Shown here: one piece after another, positions 8,368 to 17,913 of the stretch
How the letters are laid out: each line of letters begins with the position of its first letter
Position numbering within the stretch: the stretch's first letter is position 1
From: Chthoniobacteraceae bacterium
GTDB taxonomy: Bacteria; Verrucomicrobiota; Verrucomicrobiia; Chthoniobacterales; Chthoniobacteraceae
DNA: 52,060 nucleotides
Direction of reading: 5' to 3'
NCBI GenBank assembly: GCA_040081625.1
Contig: JBEBGD010000031.1
Coordinates: forward strand, 1-52,060
The notes under the pieces: model-generated
Databases searched by the model: none
What the model was told of the DNA's origin: nothing
The model's input: only the letters and a program-made list of their open reading frames with translations
Program-made: the position numbers and the translations under genes

Positions 8368-9993
8368 TTACGGCTGCTCGGCCAGCGCCTTGACGAACGG
8401 CTTGCCGATCGATCCCGACGGCACGCTGACGCGCAGCGCCGCGCACAGCGTCGGTGCGATGTCGGTGATGTAGAACTCGTCGGCGAATCTCCCGGGCTTG
8501 AACGCTGCGCCGTAAAAAATCACCGGGACTTGCGTGTCGTAGGCGTAGGGCGAGCCGTGCGTGGTGCCGCTCTTCTGCGTGCCGGGCAGTGCGTAGGGCT
8601 TCAGAATCAATACCATGTCGCCGCTGCGCTCGGGGTGGTAGCCGTTGAAGACGCGTTGACCGATCACGCCGGGAGTGCGGCCATCGAGAAGCTGCCAGCG
8701 CGTGTAGGCGGCCTGGAACTTCCCGCTCGAGAGCGCCCACTCGCGGATGAAGACCGCGACCGCTTCCACCTCGATCTGCCGCGCGCGCAGCGCGTCGTGA
8801 TCGAAGTAAAGCTGGCTGTCCGCCAGGCGCGGCAGCAGCAGGAAATTTCCCGCGCCGAATCGCTCGACGAGTTTTGCCTGGAGGTCGGCCATCAGCGGCG
8901 CGAGGTCGATGCGCTGGCCGTCGAGCCCCTGCGCCGATGCGAACTCCGGCGCGGGCGCCACGCCGTGATCGGCGCTCAAGACGACCGTCACGTTCTTCAT
9001 CCCGATCTTTTTGTCGAGCGCGGCGAAAAAGGTCGCGAGCTCGCGATCGAGCCGGAGCATCACGTCCTGGATCTCCTGCGAATACGGGCCGAAGCGATGC
9101 CCGGCGACGTCGGTGGAGGAGAATGAAATGGTGAGCAGATCGGGCTGCGGGCCGGTGCCGAGCGCCTCGCCCTCGAAGGCCGCGAGCGCGAACTCCGCGA
9201 GCAATTGGTTGCCGAATGGCGTCGCCACGATCGTCTCGAATCCTTCCGTCGGCGACGGATGCACGACGTGATCGAAGGTCGGCGTCTTCTCGCGCGGCAT
9301 GACGCCTTCACCCGGCGCCTCATCGGGCCAGTGGTAAGCCGAGGGATCGAGCAGCCGCTTCCACGTCTGCCCGACAAAGGCTGCGGGCCGCTTCCGTCCA
9401 TTGAACTCGCGCACCCACGCCGGCAGCTCGGTCATATAATACGTGCTCGTGATGAAGTTCCCGCTCGGCGAGTCGAACCAATACGCACCCGCCGGCTTCT
9501 TCCCCGCCGGCAGGATTGCGGCGCGATCCTTGATCGACACCCCGACGACCTTCGAGCGAAAGCGCAGCCGCATCTCGTCGGCGAAGTTCGAGCCGATGAA
9601 CCTGCGCGGCGACCGATTGCATTCCTCCCCCGATGCACCCACGCCCTGCACGTCCGGATCGCTGACGCAACTCGCGCTCTTGCGCGCCTGCTTGTCGAAC
9701 CACTCGTTGCCGATGATCCCATGCATCGCCGGCGGCGCGCCGCTCAGAAACGTCGCGTGCCCCGGCCCGGTGATGGTCGGGGAGTAGTTGTATTGCGCGG
9801 ACGTCATGAACGCACCCTGTTCCATCAGCAGCCGGAACCCGCCCTCGACGAACTGATCGTGAAAGCGGTCGAGGTAATCGTAGCGGAGTTGATCCACGAT
9901 GATCGCGACGACGAGCTTTGGCGGTGCTGCGGAGCCGCGCACGGGCAAGGCCAGGGTCAGGCTGGCGGCGATGAGGAAAACGCGGATGAACAT
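8368..9993 (-). CDS. PafA-like alkaline phosphatase / nucleotide pyrophosphatase family, secreted
   Basis: PKLVVAIIVDQLRYDYL, TITGPGHAT (Thr nucleophile), SIKDRAAI, DVAGHRFGP, SADHG, THGSPYAYD. Confidence 0.9.
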   Translation of the reverse strand: MFIRVFLIAASLTLALPVRGSAAPPKLVVAIIVDQLRYDYLDRFHDQFVEGGFRLLMEQGAFMTSAQYNYSPTITGPGHATFLSGAPPAMHGIIGNEWFDKQARKSASCVSDPDVQGVGASGEECNRSPRRFIGSNFADEMRLRFRSKVVGVSIKDRAAILPAGKKPAGAYWFDSPSGNFITSTYYMTELPAWVREFNGRKRPAAFVGQTWKRLLDPSAYHWPDEAPGEGVMPREKTPTFDHVVHPSPTEGFETIVATPFGNQLLAEFALAAFEGEALGTGPQPDLLTISFSSTDVAGHRFGPYSQEIQDVMLRLDRELATFFAALDKKIGMKNVTVVLSADHGVAPAPEFASAQGLDGQRIDLAPLMADLQAKLVERFGAGNFLLLPRLADSQLYFDHDALRARQIEVEAVAVFIREWALSSGKFQAAYTRWQLLDGRTPGVIGQRVFNGYHPERSGDMVLILKPYALPGTQKSGTTHGSPYAYDTQVPVIFYGAAFKPGRFADEFYITDIAPTLCAALRVSVPSGSIGKPFVKALAEQP

Positions 9994-10135
9994 GTATTGG
10001 GTTTGGATGGGATGCCGCGGGATCGTTGCGGACCGCGGGTGCCGTGATGAATCAACGGTGTCGCCTGCGCTTAGTGGATTCCCACACCGGAGCGCAATCC
10101 CCGACTCGATCGCGCGACCTTTTGGAACTGACGCA

Positions 10136-11512
10136 TCACTCCGCGAGCAGCTTCCCGACTTGCCCCGCGAGATCGGCGCGGGCGTTCACGGACACGAGCT
10201 TTCCTTGCTTGTTCACGAGCCACATCGTCGGGATGGCGCGGATGCCGAACCGCGTGCCGAACGCATTCTTCCAGCCCTTCCCGTCGAAGAACTGCGGCCA
10301 GCTCATTTGCTTCGCCGCGGTCATGCGCACGAGCGCGGCGCGATCCGAGTCAAAGGAGATGCCGATGATCTCGAAGCCCTTGTCGTGATACTTGCCGTAG
10401 GTCTCGATCACGTGCGGCAGCTCCGCGATACACGGTCCGCACCACGTCGCCCAGAAGTCGATCAGCACCACCTTGCCGCGCATCTTCGCGAGATCGACCT
10501 GACGCCCATCGATGGCGGTGAACTTGATCTCCACCAACTCTCCCAATGCCGGCCCCTTCCCCGTGGGCACGGCGGAAGTCGAGGCTGTCGGCGCGTCCTT
10601 CTTTTCAGCCGGCACCTGATTCACGTCGAACGCGTGACCCGGTCCGAGAGTGATCCCGTGATACTTCGGAAGTGGAATCGAGAAGCTGTAATGGGCGGCA
10701 CCCGGAGAGAAGTCGGTCGAGTTCACCGTCGCTGGCGGCTGCGGGGACTTCCCCCAATACGCGAGAGAGATTCTGTCGCCGACCTGCTTTGAGATTTCCG
10801 CGAGCGGGATGAGAAAGCTGTCCACGCGCGCCTTCCGACCCGCGGACACCGTCTCGTAGCGGATCGCGCCGCGTCCGGCGGTATCGCTTTTGATCGGCGT
10901 CGAACCGCCCAGTTTCCGCACGGAGTAGCGCAGGCCGGGGAGATTCGGCCACGGGCTGAGCGAGTAATTCCGGTCCACATCCGGCGTCGCGCTGCCATGC
11001 GCGCCGAGGCCCAGCATCAGCACCGAGGTGTCGCCGATTTCCCGTCCATCATTCGTGCGGCCCGGCGACGCGTCGCCATCATTCCACATGATCGCCTGCG
11101 CATAGAGGATCTCGCGACTGGTCCAGACCGAGAATCGCAAGTCGGCGCGATTGCATAGCACGGCCGCTTCGCGTTGCGGGAATCCGAAGGCGCCCTCGCG
11201 ATAGAGCGCGCTTTCGGTTGGCGCGACGGCGGGCTTGATCGCCGGCAGACGAGTCGGCGTTTGATTCGGGAGCCGCCGCTTCGATGGCTGCGCCGGCGCG
11301 GGCGTCGGCAGCGACGCGACAAGCGCGCGCGCCTTTTTCGTCGCGAATCGCACGGCACCGAGCACGCCCACGCCCGCCACGATCGCGACGAGCACGAACA
11401 CGAGCCCCGCCGCCCAGAGATACTTCGCAGGCGTGGGTGCGAATCGCGCCGGCGTGCCCGGGAGCTTTCCAGCCGGAGACGGATTCGGCGCGGGAGGAAT
11501 CGGATCGGACAT
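10136..11512 (-). CDS. Membrane-anchored TlpA-type disulfide reductase with unknown middle domain
   Basis: C-terminal GKVVLIDFWATWCGPC...FGIRAIPTMWLVNKQG; N-terminal TM helix LWAAGLVFVLVAIVAGVGVLGAV; start MSDPIPP inferred. Confidence 0.8.
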   Translation of the reverse strand: MSDPIPPAPNPSPAGKLPGTPARFAPTPAKYLWAAGLVFVLVAIVAGVGVLGAVRFATKKARALVASLPTPAPAQPSKRRLPNQTPTRLPAIKPAVAPTESALYREGAFGFPQREAAVLCNRADLRFSVWTSREILYAQAIMWNDGDASPGRTNDGREIGDTSVLMLGLGAHGSATPDVDRNYSLSPWPNLPGLRYSVRKLGGSTPIKSDTAGRGAIRYETVSAGRKARVDSFLIPLAEISKQVGDRISLAYWGKSPQPPATVNSTDFSPGAAHYSFSIPLPKYHGITLGPGHAFDVNQVPAEKKDAPTASTSAVPTGKGPALGELVEIKFTAIDGRQVDLAKMRGKVVLIDFWATWCGPCIAELPHVIETYGKYHDKGFEIIGISFDSDRAALVRMTAAKQMSWPQFFDGKGWKNAFGTRFGIRAIPTMWLVNKQGKLVSVNARADLAGQVGKLLAE

Positions 11513-11849
11513 ACGGGGCGAGAGTGTGCCGCCGCGCAGCCCGGGGCAATCGCCGAGTCGCGACCTGGAGGGTATCGCGTCGGCGATGCCACTGGCGGGC
11601 AGTAGGATGCAGGCGCGGGCTTTTCCTCCAAAGGCTGCCACGATGGCTTCGGCGCCGGCGTGGCTTCCACAGCCCGCTTGGTTCAGGCAGTGCGTCTTCG
11701 GATCGCTGATCGTCCGCGCGGACTCGCAGGCGGCATAAATGGTGGGCTTTGTCTCGGAGAATGAAGTGGGCGTGGACGCAAGTCCGTTCACCGCGCTCGC
11801 CGGGATGTGCAGGCGCGCGGAGGACGGCTTCGGTGGAAAGGTGGGCTTC

Positions 11850-13370
11850 ATGAATACCAGTCGTCGTCGTTTCTTCCTTCTCGCGGGCGGCACGGTCGCG
11901 TCGCTCGGTGGAGTGCGCGGCTTTCCGCTCCGCGCCGCGGAGACGGCGGTGACGCCGGATCTCGTGCGGTGGCGACCGGAGATCCTGCCGCTGGTGAAAC
12001 TCATCGAGACGACGGCGCGCGAGCGGTGCGTGGAGATGCTCGGCGGGCAACTGCGCAAGGGCGTGCCGTTCCGCGAACTGATGGCAGCGGCTTTTCTACA
12101 CGCGCTGCGGCACGACGGGCATCATACCGTCTATCTCGTCCATGCGGCGCTCGCGATGAGCCACCGGCTTCCGCCCGCGGAGCGCGTGCTCCCGCTGTTC
12201 TGGGCGGTGGATGTGGTGAAGGAACACATCGGGCGCTTCAAGGAGAAGCCGGCGCCGCCGCTCGCGGGCGAGCTGCCGTCGGGCGAGCGCGCGGCGGCGG
12301 AGTTCGACGGGGGGATGGAGGCGTGGGAGCAGGAGCGCGCTGAGCGGGCGATCATCGCGGTGGCGCGCAGCCAGGGCGTGGCGGCGGCGCTTCAGAGGCT
12401 CAGCTATTTTGCGGCCCGCGACTGGAGCTTTATCGGCCACGTGCCGATCGCGGTGTCGAATGCGTGGCGCACGCTGCAAGTCATCGGCGAGGCGCACGCG
12501 GAGCCGGTGCTGCGCTACCTTGTGCGCGAGCTGCACGCGCGGAATGAGAAACAGACGCAGGGCCAGTCCTGCGACACGAACCGCGAACTCGTGCAGCAAT
12601 GGTTTGCGAAGTTGCCGCCGGACTGGGCGGATTCGCGCAGCGATGAGAAGGCCACGCTCGAGCTGCTGCGCATCATCCGCTCGGGCGACTGGAAGCGCGT
12701 GAGCCAATGGGTGGCGCGCGGCCTCGCGGAGCGCTGGGTCCACGCGGGCGATGTGTGGAATGCGACGCACCTCGCGACGGCGGAGTTCATGGTCCGCTTC
12801 AAACTCGGCAACCTGCGCATGGCCAATCGCGCTCTTCACTCGAATACCTCGGGCAATGCGCTGCATCACCTGTTCAAGGTCTCCGAGGAGGCGCGCACGC
12901 GCTTCTTCATCGCGCTGCAAGCGCCGGCGTGGGCGGCCGATTTCATCAAAAACGAATCCGGCCGCGGCATGCTGCGGGACATTTCCATCACCGCGTTGCC
13001 GGAGGTCGAGGTGCCGGCGACCGCCGACGCGGCGGTGGAGAAGATCTTCGGGTTGCTGCCGCCGCGCCCATTCCGGCAGGAGATCGAGGATCGCTCGGGC
13101 CAGGACGAGGCGGGGCAGCTCGCCTTCGCCTACGCCCGGCGCTACGCGCAGCACGAGCCTTTCCTCGCGACCGCGCACCGGCTCGTCACCACGAAGGCGA
13201 CGATCAACTCACACGACGTGAAGTTCCCGATCGCGATCTTCGAGAACGCCGGCTGGGTCAGCCCCGAGTGGCGCCCGCATCTGCTCGCCGCGTCCGTGCA
13301 TTTCCTGCACGGCACAAAGATGGTCGATAGCGACGTGGTCCAGCGGGCGCGAGTGGCGCTCAAGTCGTAG
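11850..13370 (+). CDS. Tat-exported hypothetical helical protein
   Basis: MNTSRRRFFLLAGGTVASLGG twin-arginine signal; long ORF with host-like codon use. Confidence 0.8.
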   Translation: MNTSRRRFFLLAGGTVASLGGVRGFPLRAAETAVTPDLVRWRPEILPLVKLIETTARERCVEMLGGQLRKGVPFRELMAAAFLHALRHDGHHTVYLVHAALAMSHRLPPAERVLPLFWAVDVVKEHIGRFKEKPAPPLAGELPSGERAAAEFDGGMEAWEQERAERAIIAVARSQGVAAALQRLSYFAARDWSFIGHVPIAVSNAWRTLQVIGEAHAEPVLRYLVRELHARNEKQTQGQSCDTNRELVQQWFAKLPPDWADSRSDEKATLELLRIIRSGDWKRVSQWVARGLAERWVHAGDVWNATHLATAEFMVRFKLGNLRMANRALHSNTSGNALHHLFKVSEEARTRFFIALQAPAWAADFIKNESGRGMLRDISITALPEVEVPATADAAVEKIFGLLPPRPFRQEIEDRSGQDEAGQLAFAYARRYAQHEPFLATAHRLVTTKATINSHDVKFPIAIFENAGWVSPEWRPHLLAASVHFLHGTKMVDSDVVQRARVALKS

Positions 13371-13399
13371 CGCCCGCGCGGCCGGAGATCGCGGCCCGA

Positions 13400-14422
13400 T
13401 TACGGATTGCCCGCCTCGATCTGTGGGAAGATCGCGGTCTCATTGCCGTCGGCGTCGGAGAAGGTGAGGGCCACATCGTTGATGCCGGGTTGAAGTGCGA
13501 GATTGTCCACGCTCCACGTGCGGACGCCGCGCGCATCTGGCGCGCCGAAGGTGAGGGCCGAGGGCTGTGCCTCGATGCTGTTGACGAAGATGGACCTGAT
13601 GCTGATCCCGTTGATTTCGCGGGCGACGCCGCTGAATGACACGCGCCGGAGTGAGTCGGTGGTGGCATTTGCGCGAATGGTGATGCGCGGACTGGTGGTA
13701 TCCGCGGCGCCGATGAGAGTCACACTGCTCAGGTCGAATCTGGAACTTCCGGAATCGCGGGTGCGGAGGTGGCGTGTCTGCGTCCGGGTGCTGCCGTTCA
13801 CGTAGGCGATCCGCTTGCCACGGAGGTGGCCGAAGTGAACCGACACATTGACAGGCTCGGGCCCCACCGCCACGGCCGTGCCCGGGGCTGCCGTGCCGGC
13901 ATGCCCTCGGGAACTGATGCTGCTCAACGTGGCGGCGTCGAGATCGGTGCAGGTGAGAGTGATGGCCAGCCGGTCTTCATTCCAGACGCAGGCCAGGCGG
14001 CCCAGGCTCTTGTCGTAGGATGAGCCGTTGGACCGGGTGACGCGGGTCTTGAACGGGAAGATCGCCTGGGTCCTGCCGATCGCGTAACTGGGGTCGTCTT
14101 TGAGCAGCTTCGTGATCCAGAGCGATCCCACCCTGAGGATCACGGACGTTTCGGGATCGAGATTGCGCGTGTCGATGCCCTCGACATTCGCGACGATGCA
14201 AACGGCCACCTTCTCGCGGACCTTGATTTCCCCGGGGGAGGTCGTCCTCCCGTTGGATTCCGATGCCGGTCGTTCACTATAGGTTTCGCTGATTGTGATC
14301 TTCGGGCGGAACGTGACGGTATTCGCCAGGATGCCTTCGCTTTCTGCGCGGGCTGAGACGAGCCCTGCGGTGAAGATCGCGATCGCCGTGATGGACGCTG
14401 CGTGAGTGAGTTTGGTATTCAT
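13400..14422 (-). CDS. Secreted beta-rich hypothetical protein with C-terminal Ig-like domain
   Basis: Signal ending ARA; C-terminal DTTSPRITI...FSGVARE...WSVDNLALQPGINDVALTFSDADGNET resembles bacterial Ig-like modules. Confidence 0.7.
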   Translation of the reverse strand: MNTKLTHAASITAIAIFTAGLVSARAESEGILANTVTFRPKITISETYSERPASESNGRTTSPGEIKVREKVAVCIVANVEGIDTRNLDPETSVILRVGSLWITKLLKDDPSYAIGRTQAIFPFKTRVTRSNGSSYDKSLGRLACVWNEDRLAITLTCTDLDAATLSSISSRGHAGTAAPGTAVAVGPEPVNVSVHFGHLRGKRIAYVNGSTRTQTRHLRTRDSGSSRFDLSSVTLIGAADTTSPRITIRANATTDSLRRVSFSGVAREINGISIRSIFVNSIEAQPSALTFGAPDARGVRTWSVDNLALQPGINDVALTFSDADGNETAIFPQIEAGNP

Positions 14423-14569
14423 GCGTTCCGAATGAACCATCTCCCGCGCTCAGCCCCGGGGCGGGGACTGTGCATCTTTCGGTTGGAGATTCCGCAGTTC
14501 GGTCGGCGGGATACTGTGTATCCCGGGGCGCGGTTGTCCCGCCGCCGACGGCATGAGAGCAAATCGATT

Positions 14570-14597
14570 CGGACGCGGCGTGGGGCCTCCGCGTCCG
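14570..14597. other. GC-rich hairpin downstream of the HGSNAT-like gene (terminator or REP-like)
   Basis: cggacgcgg-N10-ccgcgtccg perfect 9-bp inverted repeat; no clear U-tract. Confidence 0.4.
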
Positions 14598-14620
14598 CGC
14601 GCCGCCCGGGTTCGCTCGTG

Positions 14621-15835
14621 CTACACCCGCAGGAAGATCTTCCGCCGGTGGAGGAACCGCGCGAGCAGGAAGACCAACCCGAGGCTCGTGAGCGCGACGA
14701 CCATCCCGCCGAGCCCCTGCGCGCGCGCATCGAAGAACGCCTTCACGTTCCCCCCGACGAACAACTCGGCGACCTGCGAGTAGCTGATGACCTTCGTCGA
14801 GAGGTAGAGCGTGATCGGGTTCATGCCGATCCAGACGAAGGGCTCGCACCAGCGGTCCCACTTTCGCACTTCGACGATGTAATAGAAGAGCCCGAGCATC
14901 ATCGCGCTGCAGCCGCTCGCGACGAGGATGAAGGAGGAGGTCCAGATGCGCTTGATGAGCGGGAACTGGAAGCTCCACAGCCAGCCGAGCAGGATGCTCG
15001 CGGCGCCCGCGGCGACGAGCCACGCGAGCTTGCGCCGGTCGGTCGCGTCGCTCTTGAGCAACCGCCCGGCGAAAATGCCGAACAGGCAGATCGCGATCGC
15101 CGGCAGCGTGCTGAGCAACCCTTCGTTGATGTAGTAGGTGGACATCTTCTTCCCCGGCAGAAAGCGAAAGTCGTAGTAGTTCGCGAGATTGCGCCCTTCC
15201 TCGTAGAGGCCGCGCACGCGTCCCGGCACGCCGGCGGCGATGTCGCCGGGATCATCCGATTTGATCCGCTTTGCGACCTTCTCGACGCTCGCCTTTTCCA
15301 GCGGCAGATCGGGGAAGCGGACGTAGGTGAGCAGCGCCCAGTAACCGACGAGCAGCGCCACCGCGATGGCCGCGAGCGCCTTGAGCTGCGAGGCGCACCA
15401 GACGTAAAACAGCCCGGCAAAAAAGTAGCACGCCGCGATGCGATGGAGCACGCCGCCGAGGCTCACCTCCGGCCACTTGTGTGAGAGCCCGCCGGTGTAG
15501 AGAACTCCGAACAGGAACAGCAGCACGCTGCGCCGCACGATGTGCATCACCGCCGCCTCGCGGCCCTCCTTTGCGAGCGTCCGGTCGAGTGAGAAGACAA
15601 GCGACACGCCGACGATGAACAGGAAGAGCGGGAAGATGAAGTCGTAGAAGCGCACGCCTTCCCACGTCACGTGTGTGAGCTGGGTGGAGAGCAGGCGGGT
15701 GAAGGAGTTGTCGCTCATTTTCTCGAGCGCCTTCACGAGGCTCCCCGCGCCGAGGATCCAAAACATGTCGAAGCCGCGTAGCGCATCGAGAGAGCGCAGG
15801 CGGACGGGAGGCTGGGTGGGTTCGGGTGTGTTCAT
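14621..15835 (-). CDS. Heparan-alpha-glucosaminide N-acetyltransferase-like (DUF5009/NagX) membrane protein
   Basis: RLRSLDALRGFDMFWI, HVTWEG...DFIFPLFLFIVGVS, GVLHRIA, EGLLST, PLIKRIWTSSF, IGMNPI. Confidence 0.88.
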   Translation of the reverse strand: MNTPEPTQPPVRLRSLDALRGFDMFWILGAGSLVKALEKMSDNSFTRLLSTQLTHVTWEGVRFYDFIFPLFLFIVGVSLVFSLDRTLAKEGREAAVMHIVRRSVLLFLFGVLYTGGLSHKWPEVSLGGVLHRIAACYFFAGLFYVWCASQLKALAAIAVALLVGYWALLTYVRFPDLPLEKASVEKVAKRIKSDDPGDIAAGVPGRVRGLYEEGRNLANYYDFRFLPGKKMSTYYINEGLLSTLPAIAICLFGIFAGRLLKSDATDRRKLAWLVAAGAASILLGWLWSFQFPLIKRIWTSSFILVASGCSAMMLGLFYYIVEVRKWDRWCEPFVWIGMNPITLYLSTKVISYSQVAELFVGGNVKAFFDARAQGLGGMVVALTSLGLVFLLARFLHRRKIFLRV

Positions 15836-15837
15836 TC

Positions 15838-15944
15838 CCGTAGGGTCTGATTCCCCGAAGCGTGCTTCGGCTTGGCTTGCGAAATGAGTTGGGCGGTGAA
15901 TTGCACGACGGGAGGAGATGGTGCCTCGGGGATTGCCCCGATGG
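15838..15944. repeat. Degenerate REP-like inverted repeat
   Basis: ccgtagggtctgattccccgaagc ... gcctcggggattgccccgatgg imperfect inverted pair with a GTAG tetranucleotide. Confidence 0.35.
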
Positions 15945-16169
15945 TTTTCCGCCCGTCCCTTTGGCAGACTTGGAGCGCTCGATCAACGCTCTATCCCGCT
16001 CGGGGCGCTTCCCGGAACTCTGGCCATTCAGTCGCGGAGCCGGGGAGAGCGATGTAGCGGACCAGGTCGCCCCGCACTGGCTGCTCCCGGAACGGCCGAG
16101 GTAGTCCCAAATCGTCCGTTCGCAGCCGACCGACGCGAGGCGGATGGGATTGCGCGCGGTGAGGATGCC

Positions 16170-17651
16170 TTACTTTTTGTAATCAGCGCCCACGAGGCTG
16201 TGCAGGACGGATTGCTGCCACTCGCGGAGCTGGGCTTGCAGTTTCCCGGCGACCGCAGGCTGCTGCTCGGCGAGATTCATTTTCTCCGCAGGATCGGTTC
16301 GGAGGTCGAAGAGTTCCCGTTTGGGTTCGCCCTTTTTCTGCTCGTGGATGACGAGCTTCATGTTGCCGTCGATGATGGCGCGGGGACCGAGGTAGTCGGC
16401 GTCACTGATCGTGGGATGTTTGAAGTTGGTGAAATTGCGAGTGGCGATGCCGCCCATTTTTTTGACGAGTGGAGTCGTGCCTTTCTGCAACTCGGGATCG
16501 ATGTAGGGCTCGGCTTTGTTGAGGCCGGAAGTGTTGTGCTCCCAGAAATAGAGAGGGTTGGAGCGCCCGGTCATCTTGCCATCGAGCAAGGGAGTGAGGT
16601 CGATGCCGTCGATCGGACGTGACGGAAGCGGCTGGCCCACGATGGCGCAGAGTGTGGGAAGGAGGTCGCTGGTGCTGGCGCGGACCGTGGTGCTGCGCGG
16701 CCGCGGAATGCGTGCGGGCCACTCGATGAGGCCGGGCACGAGAATGCCGCCATCATAGACCTGGCCTTTGACGCCGCGATGCGGGGTGACGAGCGAGCCG
16801 TCTGCGGAGGTGCCGTTGTCGCCGCAGTAAAACAGCAGCGTGTTGTCCCGCAGGCCCCCGGTAGCGAGATGCTTTCGCAGCGTGCCGATCGCGCGGTCCA
16901 TGGCTGTGATCTCAGCGTAGCGCTCGCGCAGCACTTCACCCTGAGGGCGGGTGGTCGGACCGCCGGTTTCGTTGGAGGTGAGCTTGACCTTCTTGTCCCT
17001 GTATTTCCCCGGAAGGTCGTCGTAGAGCGCGAGGTCGGCGGGCAGGCCGCTGTAGGGCTCGTGCGGCGAGCCGAACCAGACCACGGTGAAGAAGGGTTTG
17101 TCGGATCTGCGTGCGCGGTCGATGAAACGGATCGTTTCCCGAATCAGGATCGCGGAGCTTTCGCCCTGGATGACTTCAGGCGCTGCGCCGTTGCGTGAGA
17201 GAGTCGGGTTGAGCTCAAAGAAGTTGTCGTGCGAGACCCACTCATGGAACCCCATCGCGCCCGGACTCACGGGTGACGCGGCTTTCACCGCTCCGAGATG
17301 CCATTTGCCAAAGTGTCCGCACCGGTAGCCGGCCTTGCTCAGGATTTGCGCGCTGGTGATTTCCTCCGGACGGAAGGACCAGCCGGGCGCGAAGGTGCCC
17401 ATGCGGTTCGGATGACGACCTGTCATGAAGCTGGCGCGGGTGGGCGAGCAACTCGGATGACCGGAATAGAAGTTTGCGAGCTTCAACCCGGTCGCAGCCA
17501 TCTCATCGAGCACGGGCGTTTTGACGTGGGGATGCCCGTTGTAACCTGTCTCCTCCCAGCCGTGGTCATCGCCCATGAGCAGGATAATGTTCGGCTGTGC
17601 CGCGGCGAAGAGTGACGAAACGAAAAGGCAGAGCGTGAGTAGGGTCTTCAT
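16170..17651 (-). CDS. Formylglycine-dependent sulfatase (Cys type), secreted
   Basis: PNIILLMGDDHG, CSPTRASFMTGR (CxPxR), GKWHLG, HEP, DNG, KGQVYDGG, ELFDLRTDPAEKMNL. Confidence 0.93.
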   Translation of the reverse strand: MKTLLTLCLFVSSLFAAAQPNIILLMGDDHGWEETGYNGHPHVKTPVLDEMAATGLKLANFYSGHPSCSPTRASFMTGRHPNRMGTFAPGWSFRPEEITSAQILSKAGYRCGHFGKWHLGAVKAASPVSPGAMGFHEWVSHDNFFELNPTLSRNGAAPEVIQGESSAILIRETIRFIDRARRSDKPFFTVVWFGSPHEPYSGLPADLALYDDLPGKYRDKKVKLTSNETGGPTTRPQGEVLRERYAEITAMDRAIGTLRKHLATGGLRDNTLLFYCGDNGTSADGSLVTPHRGVKGQVYDGGILVPGLIEWPARIPRPRSTTVRASTSDLLPTLCAIVGQPLPSRPIDGIDLTPLLDGKMTGRSNPLYFWEHNTSGLNKAEPYIDPELQKGTTPLVKKMGGIATRNFTNFKHPTISDADYLGPRAIIDGNMKLVIHEQKKGEPKRELFDLRTDPAEKMNLAEQQPAVAGKLQAQLREWQQSVLHSLVGADYKK

Positions 17652-17657
17652 GGGTGG

Positions 17658-17860
17658 TCAGGGGCCGTTGCGGACCTGCACGCGGTAGAAACGGCGTTCG
17701 GTCGCGTCGGGCACGGTGCCGGTGATGACACCATCATCGGTCCACATCTTAGTAGTTCCGTCGCCGGCGACGACGGCGGTGAGCAGCACGGACGGGTCAC
17801 GGCTTGTCGAGTAGTGCAGGGTCTGCGCCTTGCCAGGGCCGGGCGCGGTCAGCGTCGTGT
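17658..17860 (-). pseudogene. Remnant C-terminal domain of a secreted protein (...RRFYRV motif)
   Basis: PGKAQTLHYSTS...VVAGDGTTKMWTDDG...RRFYRVQV resembles the C-terminal motif of verrucomicrobial secreted proteins; no signal peptide or upstream body. Confidence 0.5.
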
Positions 17861-17913
17861 CCAGCCGCAGAAGTAATGACTGCAAATTCTTCGCCACCGT
17901 GTTCGATCGCACC

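Noticed and set aside
11513..12058. N-terminal extension of the TlpA ORF or a small gene in the spacer
   Set aside because: Overlaps the divergent Tat gene and shows no recognisable motif
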